Source: Octopus sinensis (lineage: Eukaryota). From it: 64,000 bases of DNA. The stretch is taken from assembly GCF_006345805.1 (NCBI RefSeq), contig NC_043006.1, positions 84,196,001-84,260,000 of the forward strand, read 5' to 3'. The stretch's first letter is position 1. Each line of letters begins with the position of its first letter. The position numbers and the translations under genes were made by a program. Positions 51,127-64,000 of the stretch are shown piece by piece. The notes under the pieces are model-generated. The model was not told the DNA's origin and did not search any database. It worked only from the letters and a program-made list of their open reading frames with translations.

Positions 51127-52381
51127 TCAGGTCATCCCATAAATTCTGTCCGATTTTACCGTTTTTAGAATTGAATGAAATGTAATAGTATTTTTGAATG
51201 TCAAATGGAATTAAAAATGATTTTTATGCATTTGTATACATTTATACAGAATAATAGAATTAAAATTTCTTTGATTAAAACCCTTTCTAACATGGAAGTA
51301 TCCAAAGAGCATTTGAGGCAAATAATGCTTTATGAGTACAAAAAAGGAAACTCTGCAACCGAAGCGACTCTAAACATACCCTCAGTTTATGGGAAAGAAT
51401 GAAAGAACTTGCAGAAGATGGTTTTCAGAATTCAGAAGTGGAGATTTCAGCCTTGAAGATGAAGAGTGAACAGGACGTCCAGTTGAGTTTGATGATAAGC
51501 TCCTTGAGGCATTACTTGCAGAAAATCCTGCATTATCAGTTGAAGAATTGGCAATAAAATTTAGTTCAAACCATACAACTGTTCATCTTCAACAATTTGG
51601 AAACGTTCCTAAACTTGGAAAATGGGTGTCTCATGAATTGTCCGAAAGCAAGCGCAAATCCCGAGTTGACATCTACTCTTCTCTCCATTCTCGCGAACTC
51701 ATTTCACCCTTTTTGGATAGACTTGTGACTGGTGACGAAAAATGGATCTTCTATCGAAATGTTAAACGTCATAAACAGTGGCTTGGTAAAAGGGAAAAAG
51801 CTCAACCACAACCGAGAAGGGAACTTCTTGGGAAAAAGGTTCTTCTATCTATCTGGTGGGATTGCAAAGGAGTAATTCACTTTGAATTGTTACCACCTAA
51901 TGCAACAATCAATGCTCAAGTTTACTGTCAGCAATTATAGCGTTTGAACCAAGCTTTGAAGAAAAAAAGACCTGCTTTAGTGAATGGAAAAGGAGTGATA
52001 TTTCATCAGGAAAATGCGCGACCCCACACTTCAAAGGTCACATCACAGAAGATCGAAGAGCGTGGATGGGAAAAAATTCCTCATGCACCTTATTCTCCCG
52101 ACCTTGCTCCTTCAGACTACCATTTGTTTTGTAGTTTACAGAATCATTTGGGGAACATAACTTTCACAAGCCAGGAGGAGGTCGAAACTGACATTTCAGA
52201 GTTCTTCGCTTTGAAACCAAAAGAGTTTTACATTGATGGGATTAAAAAGCTTGTAAATAGATGGAAGAAAGTCATAGATAATCAGGGAAAGTACATTGAT
52301 GATTAAATTTCAATTAAATATAACACTTGATCACTTGATTTCTTTATTCAAAATTCGGACAGAACTTATGGGATGACCTGA
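51127..52381 (+). mobile_element. Full-length but inactive mariner (DD34D), 1255 bp
   Basis: TA|tcaggtcatcccataaattctgtccga ... tcggacagaacttatgggatgacctga|TA (26-bp TIR, 1 mismatch). The transposase at 51292-52306 has WVSHEL, LVTGDEKW, HQENARPH and YSPDLAPSDY, plus a frameshift near 51400 and internal stops. Confidence 0.95.
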
Positions 52382-52513
52382 TATATGCGTACATACATAC
52401 ATACATAAATACATACATACATACATATAGAAATCCTTAAATCCTTTAAAATGTTTCAACCCGAAAGCTGCAGCCATGCTGGGGCACCACCATTGAATGG
52501 AGCTACACTACTA

Positions 52514-52567
<54 letters not shown>

Positions 52568-52956
52568 TATGTATCTCTCTCTCCCCCTCTCTCTCTATAT
52601 ATATATATATACCTATGTATATGTGTGTGTGTGTCGGTGTGTGCTTAATATTAACAATATATGTGTGTGTGTGCAGGGAAACAGATAGAAATATAGTTAT
52701 ATAGTAACAGAAAGAGAGAGATATATAGTGTGTGTGTGGGTTGTCTTTCTGCAAAGTTGCTGTTTATAAATAGATATTTGAATCAACATATACGAAGCGC
52801 ATATTATGAGAAGAAACACTTATACATTGATAAAGAAGACACACTCGTCTCACGCGATAATTTTAACGGCTTCTTTTTTTGACTTAATTTCTCTTCCTCT
52901 TTCACTAATTTAAAAAAAAATATTTTTATAGAATGAAGTGTGCGCGTGTATGTATG

Positions 52957-52992
<36 letters not shown>

Positions 52993-53095
52993 TGTGTGTG
53001 TGTATTTCTCTTCCCAACCTTTCTCTCTGTTTTTCTCAATATATTTATATCATTTTTATATATAGAAATATATCTGCTTGTTGGTGAAAATGTCA

Positions 53096-53173
<78 letters not shown>

Positions 53174-53251
53174 TTATATATATATATATATACATATATA
53201 TATAGGTATGTGAGTGCATTTGTGTGTGTATGTTTTTATATATACATATAT

Positions 53252-53293
<42 letters not shown>

Positions 53294-53319
53294 GTTATAT
53301 GTATGTTTGTATGTATGTA

Positions 53320-53374
<55 letters not shown>

Positions 53375-53517
53375 ATATATACATATATACATATATATAG
53401 GTGTGTGAGTGCATTTGTGTGTGTATGTTTTTATATATACATATACATATATATATATATATATGTATATATATGTTATATGTATGTTTGTATGTATGTA
53501 TATATGTATATATAATA

Positions 53518-53609
<92 letters not shown>

Positions 53610-54422
53610 AATATATATATATATTTAAAGGCGGTGCTCCAGCATGGCTGCAGTCAAAATGACTGAAACAAGTAAAAGAGTATATATATATACACGCACA
53701 CATATACAAATATATATACATGCACACACACATATACAGACGTCTGTGTGCGTGTATGTACGCATGTATACCTGTGTATGTATTTATATGAATTCACGTG
53801 TTCATATCAATATCGATATATTTGTACGAAATGTGTGTGTGTGTGTGCGTGTTCGTGTGCGTGCGTCTCCTCTCTCTCACTTTCTCTCTCTTTATCTTTC
53901 TCTATTTATCTCAATCTATTTATTCCTCTACATATGTAGGTGTGTATGTACACAGACAGACACACACATAAATATACACACCCACGTGAGTGTGTATGTA
54001 TGTGTACGCTAGTTGTGTACATCTTTGCTGTTGATAACTTCCCACAGGCGACTAAGTGCGGTAAAAACATTTAAATTTATAATAATATTTACATTTATAA
54101 ATGAAAAATAAATATTTATTTCGTTTTGATAATAAATATTTGATATTTCCAACACATCATAATCGTATGTCATAATTATATTCAGACCTTCGTTTAAAAT
54201 ACTTTATACGGTGTAGTTGCCTCCATTTAGAATATTCATAAGATATATTTATCATATCGTATTTCTATGACATGTAATAACCATAATCTTATGACCTAAT
54301 TAACAGACCTTTGAGTACAACGTTGCAGTTGCGCAATTTTAGGACATGGCATTTTATAAATTTAGCACATCACAGTTATATGACAAATTATAATCATATG
54401 ACCTAGCATAGTTATATAATAT

Positions 54423-54815
54423 AACTAGTAGTATCGCCCGGCGTTGCTCGGGTTTGTTTCAACCCTTTAGAATTGAAATTTTTGAAAAGTAAAAATTTGG
54501 CATTATGTAGCTTGTCATTCTCTTTAAGTGAACATTTTTCTGGTGAAATACACCGAAAAATGGCGACACAGCAGTCAAAAAATCGTAAAAAATAGAGATT
54601 TTCATAGAAAAAAAGCACCTTTTTGATGTAAATAATTTTTGGTGTTAACATGGTCCGATTTGAATTTTATCTTTTACGGAATGAAGAGCAAGCCTTCTTC
54701 TATCATACTCTCAATTTTGGTCAACTTGCGCCGCAGGGTCTCGGAGGAAATAGTGTTAGTTGAAAGCTACCAAACCTGCCATACACAGACAAATTCAGCT
54801 TTATATATATAGATT
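54423..54815 (+). mobile_element. Lep1-like non-autonomous Helitron (second family)
   Basis: actagtagtatcgCCCGgcgttgctCGGG ... acagacaaattcagctttatatatatagat. Confidence 0.6.
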
Positions 54816-56883
54816 AGTAGATATTCGTATAAAATCATTTATTGCATTTTGTTGCGTACTTTTAGGATATGATATTGCTATATTTACTATATCATAGTCA
54901 TGCAATATATCAATCCAATGACATGTTCATATGAAATTATCATAGAGCTTCGTATTTCGTCGCACCCTTTTAGGATATATTTCCTATATATTTATCGTAT
55001 CACAGACATATGACTTATCATAATCATATGACCTGTCTTAGTTGTATGACATTAGTAGATTTCGCATAAACGGTATTTCTGCATTTCATGTATGTTCACC
55101 ATATTGTAGACATATATGTCATAAGTGGCTGCGTTCCTTATAAACTGCATTGGTGTACCTGTTTACATTTTACAGTGAGTTGGAATAAATCCGATACTGA
55201 GTCTGTCATCTATGATCTAATCTAGCGCTGGTCTGCCCATGGGCAGGTCCTGTGCATGCGAACTTTCTCCAGCACTCTCTATATGATCTAGAGAGGGACC
55301 GTGCCCTCCCCTACCACCTTTCAGAAGATTACGGGGACTTCGGCTATCATGGCTAGACCTGGGATGAATACTGGCGTGGTTTCTTGTTGTCTTCTGGAGG
55401 CAGGTGGGATTTGAACTCAGAATGCAGAGAGCCGGAAGATATACCCTAAAGCATCTCTGCCGACGTGCCAACGATTCTGCTGCTCCCCCATCCAACAGAG
55501 CAACGTGAAATGAAGTGTTTTGCTCAACAAAAAAAAAAAAAATAATAAAACGCACCGCCCGATCTGGGAATCGAAACCAAGATCTAGCGATCGTGAGTCC
55601 AACACCTTAACCACTAGGTCACGCGCCTACACTGTTATTTATCCAACGTTTATTAAAAGCAAGAATGCATGGTTTACATCTTAACTGGGATCAAGAATCG
55701 ATTCTTCTACTGAACTGACGCCTTATTTTATCGATTCCAATAGAGGGAATGAGAAAGGTGACTTCAGCGAAATTTGAACCCCGGATTGCTATTAGATAAT
55801 CATCATAGAAAAATGCATAGACGCTGACATAGCTTTGTGTTTATGGAGTTCGTTTTTCAATCACGTGAATCCACATTTGATCCGACTGCGGAGCGCCTTG
55901 AACGAAGTGTTTTCTTTCATAGTGAATGGTAGAGAGAAAAATATACGGAAGCCCATCCGCAGAACTTTCCCCGTAATTGGGTTGTAGAATTAACCGGTTG
56001 CCGTGTTTAATACCTATTTCTTTACTACCCACAAGGGGCTAAACACAGAAGGGACAAACAAGGACAGACAAACGGATTAAGTCGATTACATCGACCCCCA
56101 GTGTGTAACTGGTACTTAATTTATCGACCCCGAAAGGATGAAAGGTAAAGTCAACCTCGGCGGAATTTGAACTCACAACGTAACGGCAGACGAAATACCG
56201 CTAAGCATTTCGCCCGGCGTGCTAACGATTCTGCCAGCTCGCCGCCTTTGCCGTGTTTAATACCGTCATATGAACACTTGGGTGTCTTTAAAGGAGTTTA
56301 CTCTGTCACAAGCATTCGGGTCTGATTGCTCCCAGCTCTGAGTATAACTTCCTCGATCTTATTCCTACCCCCTCATCTCCAATAACCGAGGCCTTGAAAA
56401 GTGGGGTCACGTGTGCAGCTTTTCTTCTAATTAAGTCATTAAAATACCACCCCCATTCTAAGAAAACAAATACAAACACACACACACACACACACACACA
56501 CTTTTACACACACGCGCATACAAACACACAAACACACACACACTTTCAAGTACACGCGCACACACACATACAAGCACACATACACACATTTCCACGCACA
56601 CGCACACACAGACGCACATAGAGATACATACAGTTAATTATTAATGAGCTTAGATTCACGTTCTGTGACACGTTTCTTCCGTGGAAGACTGCAATCATAA
56701 AACTGACACGTGACAACATATTAGATTTTCGTGGGAAATAAAAGAAGTCATTTCCTAAAAAGATTCAGTGAAATTTGCTTACAACAAGAAACGAGAAGCG
56801 AATTTAAAAGGAAATGCAAACAAGCTTTAAATAACATTTGATAACTAAATGATATTTATAAGAACAGATGCCGTAGAGTAGAG

Positions 56884-56960
<77 letters not shown>

Positions 56961-57984
56961 CTCCTAATTAATGGAACCGATCAAAGAGATTCCGGTACAA
57001 CCACGCTGATAAAGTCGTTTGATTTGACTTGCATCTTTCCTCATCCTATACTTGTTTCGGTCTTCGGACTGCGGCCATGCTGGGCCAACGCAGTGAAGGG
57101 TTTAGTCCAGAGAAGGGAAACCTGCGGACTTCCGTCTGCGGCCATTAGTTTATTTTCTTTCTTTTTTTGACATCGAATATTTTTTGTCTAAAATCATTAT
57201 ACGCCCTAAATTTACAACACACACACACAGACGAAAGGAAAGTTATCTGTGTTTAGTGAAGTCACTCCCAGAGATTGGAAGCATTTTTCTTTAAACCCAA
57301 TGAATTCAAACTCAAAGCAACAAGTATATAAAGGTAATATTTCCTTGTCAGCCACACCAGCCTAGGTGGGAGTAGGTGACTTCACGTATGATGCACGAAA
57401 AGTTCCTGTTTCGTCCACCTTTTCATTGGGATCTGTGCTCCGTACTTTACTTAGTAATTGTATAGTCGTGGCCAACTTCTTACTGACTTGTTTTGTGAAA
57501 CTGAGTTAGTTATAAGTCTATCAGTGCCTGCGTTAATTTTACAGACTTCCTTTTTATCATTGAGACTTTATAAGTGATACACTAATCGTATTCATTGCTA
57601 CTCTGTTAAGCCGACTGCACACTGCTTGAGTCAAAACGGTCTTAGACAAGACACTATCAATCAGTGTCCGAACCCATGTTCTTGGAATCTTAGTCATAAC
57701 TTCAACAATTGTCATTATTTTGTGAGATTGGAAACCATCGATATTTGACATTATTTCTGCAACAATTAGCTAATGATAAATAATAATACTAATAACAGAA
57801 AAAAATGATAGCTAATCTAGATGTTATTCTGTCTCGGATGGTAGTAACAATTGCTAAACTCAAAACCAAAAACATGGTTTTGAATGCAAGCTTATTGCGC
57901 TTTGTCTAAGACTGTTTTATTTGGGTGAGTGTGCGGCCGACTTTACTAATTCATTATTAAACTTCTTTTAATGGTTTTTCAGAA

Positions 57985-59750
57985 TAAATACAGTTCTTTT
58001 TAACCCATAATTGAAACGAACTTCGAAAGAAGAAAACAGGTTCTTCAATGAGGAATGGAAATTGTAATATTATTTTTGGTAAATAGCGGAGGCAAAATGT
58101 TTTGCTTATTTTGTGATACCGCAATTGTAACGGTTAAGAAATTCAATGCACAGCAACAATATGATCTTCATAAAGACTATAAATATGCCAAATTAGAGGG
58201 TGAGTCTCGAAAGATAGCATTGCAGAAATTGAAAGATAGAAAATAAAAGCAAAAACAATTTTTCCAATCTGTGTTGCATCAAGGTAGAAGCCAGCTATAA
58301 AGTTGCATATTTGCTTGGAAAAAAAGGTAAGCCATTTAGCGATGCAGAACTCACAAAAGAAGTGGTAGGATGTATAGATCCCGATAAAGTCAACAAATAT
58401 AAAAAGGTGTCTCGTTCAAGAAGGACTAATACAGATCGACACCATGAATTGGTCTATGATGTAACAGAACAGTTGAGAAATATAATCCCAAAAGAAAATG
58501 TATATTGCTCGGTAGCTTTGGATGAATCGACTGATTCCACTGATTCAGCACAAGTATTGTATTTTATTCGTGCTATAAGTGATGATTTTCAAGAATATGA
58601 AGAATTATTTGCTTTAGGCACCCTTAAAGGAAGGACGCGAGGGATAGATATTTTTAACAACTTCAAACAGCAATGTCATAAAGTAGGACTAAATTTTACT
58701 AATTTGGTGAATGTGTGCATGGATGGTGCTCCAGCTATGGCTGAAAATGAAGGATTTATTGCACATCTTAAAAGAGTAACCAAAGAATCAAATGTACTGA
58801 TTTCTTTTCATTGTATTTTACACCAGCAAAATTTCTGTGCAAAATCTGCCATTTTAAATGACACTTTGCAGAAGGTTATAAGTATTTAAAACTATAATCG
58901 AGTAAATGCCTTGAAGCATCGTCAATTCGAAACATGATGATGATGGATGACGAAGTAATTAATGTGGATTTGCCTTATCACTCAAAAGTACGCTGGTTGT
59001 CTCAAATGAAAGTATTGGTCAAAATTTCGTCTTTACGAAAGCAAATAATTGACTTTTTCAAAGAAAACAACAAACATTGTGATTTATCAGATCCAAATTT
59101 TTACAGAGATGTTGCATTCTTACGTGATGTGATGTCAAAACAAAATGAGTTAAACATTTCGCTGCAAGGCAAAAATAAATGTATTTATGATATGCGGCAA
59201 AAAATTTGGGCATTTAGAAAAAAAAATTGTCGTTTTTCAAGTTCCTTTTGGCTCAATCAAAACTTTCAGAAGAACACTTTTCTCAGCTTATGAAGGTAAT
59301 GAGTGAAAATGAGGAAAATATCTATGAATCTTTTGAAGAATACGAGTCAGTTTTAGACTCATAAATAGCAGACTATAATAAAAGATTCAAGGATTTTGGA
59401 AAACATAACATCATTCTGAAACTTTCCCGAAGAGTTACAAAGGGAGCTTATTAATTGTCTGAAGATAATATTCTGAAATCTCTGTTTGACAAGAGGGAAA
59501 ATCCCATCGAAATTTGGGAAAATGCAGTAGAATATCCTCGTTTTCGTGAACATGTACGCCGACTAATTTTCTGCATTTCTTCAACATACTTTCGTGAATC
59601 CTCATTCTCGTATTTGACGCAAATCAAGAATTCGTTGAGAACGCAATCGACAGACGAGCATGTGGAGGACCAATTGGAACTAAGAACAACTATGTTAGAG
59701 CCTGATATCAAAATGCTTTCTAAAAAAAAAAAAAAGCAAATTAAAAGAAC
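57985..59750 (+). mobile_element. hAT (Buster/Charlie/SPIN-like) transposase pseudogene
   Basis: CLFC zinc-finger part, VALDESTD, CMDGA, FHCILHQ (CxxH), LPYHSKVRWLS, SLQGKN, STYFRESSFS; several stops and frameshifts. TIRs not identified. Confidence 0.88.
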
Positions 59751-59759
59751 ATTGGTTTC

Positions 59760-59898
59760 ATTATTTACATTCGACGGATATTTGTCCTCATCTTGTTTGT
59801 TGTTAACACGTTTCGGCTGATATACCCTCCAGCCTTCTTCAGGTGTCTTGGGGGAAATTTCGAACCTGGGTTCTCATTCCTAAGGTATTTTTCGATGA

Positions 59899-59976
<78 letters not shown>
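59760..59976 (-). mobile_element. Family F SINE tail with hammerhead motif at 59805-59847
   Basis: The minus strand reads gacac CTGAAGA a ggctg gagggtatat cagcc GAAA cgtgtt. Helix II is perfect, with a 3-nt deletion at the cleavage site. The head is lost after (AAT)n. Confidence 0.85.
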
Positions 59977-59979
<3 letters not shown>

Positions 59980-60639
59980 GGTAGGTGGCTAGCTGGCAGA
60001 ATACTGTGCGGCATTTTTTCTAACTTTATATTCTGACTTCAAACACCCGACGGGGTCGACTTAGCCTTTCATCTTTGCGAAGTCGATAAAATAACTACCT
60101 GTTCCACACTGGGGAGTGGGGTGTCAATGTGTGAACAACTTGCCCGCGCTCCCAAAACTTGCTGGCCTTGTGCCAAAATTCAAAACCACCACCACCAACA
60201 CCACCACCACCATCATCGCCATCGCCATCATCAACATTTCATTATTGCTATTATTATCGGTGTGTAGAACGCAATAATCACATTGATCAACATAATTAAA
60301 AACTAAAACATGAATAAAGAAAGAAAAAAAAAAACCAAAACAAAAAAAAAAATCCCCCCAAAAAACAAAGTAGGTAAAAATCTCTCATCAATTGGTTGTT
60401 TTCTTTATGAGCAACAGGGAACCATAATATCGATTGGTTGATTGGAATTCTGTCCATGACCCAAATGTCTGATGAGCTTATTGTTCACACACACGCGCAC
60501 ACACACGCACACATCCACGCACAAATACGCGTAAATGTGCGTTTATGTACGCATTCATATGCTTGTGCGCGTGCGCGTGCATGCATGCATTCATTCTCAC
60601 GAATTTATATCTATAATCATATATCTGAATGTAAATATC

Positions 60640-63790
<3,151 letters not shown>

Positions 63791-64000
63791 TGATTTGGGC
63801 ATTACATTGCAATAAGTGTATGCCTTCCATAATTAATCTGTTTTTTTATGAGGAATTTTATAAAGAATGTAAGTATTCTCCTGTAGTATTTCCAACCTAG
63901 TTTTGTTTTGTGGTTTATCATAAATTGTTTTCCAGTAGCTCCAATGAACTTAAACTGATATGCTGCAACATCAAAACTGGAAACTTCCTTTTCAGTAACG

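Noticed and set aside
51292-52306. Active or domesticated mariner transposase
   Set aside because: It has a frameshift, internal stops and a mutated catalytic Asp.
53195-53560. About 190-bp direct duplication within the TA field
   Set aside because: It is slippage or unequal exchange in a compound microsatellite, or a consensus artefact, with no unique content.

Overview
Eukaryotic, repeat-rich animal DNA. The SINE/LINE landscape and AT/CA/GA microsatellite load look like an octopus (cephalopod) genome; this is an inference, not a database match. The left half (1-31532) holds 12 coding exons of VAC14, the PIKfyve-complex scaffold, on the + strand. They join in frame into about 520 aa; the gene's first and last exons are not in the window. 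Two VAC14 introns have U12 (minor spliceosome) GTATCCTTT donors. A 100-N gap sits at 31533-31632. After it I find no host exons, only transposon debris: mariner DD34D, DD37D, hAT, CR1, RTE, Helitron-like elements, SINEs and microsatellites. The most notable signals are two unrelated hammerhead-ribozyme-like families of the Penelope type, one forming the tail of a tRNA-derived SINE and one in both arms of a 628-bp palindrome. Both families occur in head-to-head fold-backs. There is also a drop in CpG decay across the gap, consistent with gene-body methylation of VAC14. All coordinates, translations and counts were made by eye; repeat boundaries are approximate.
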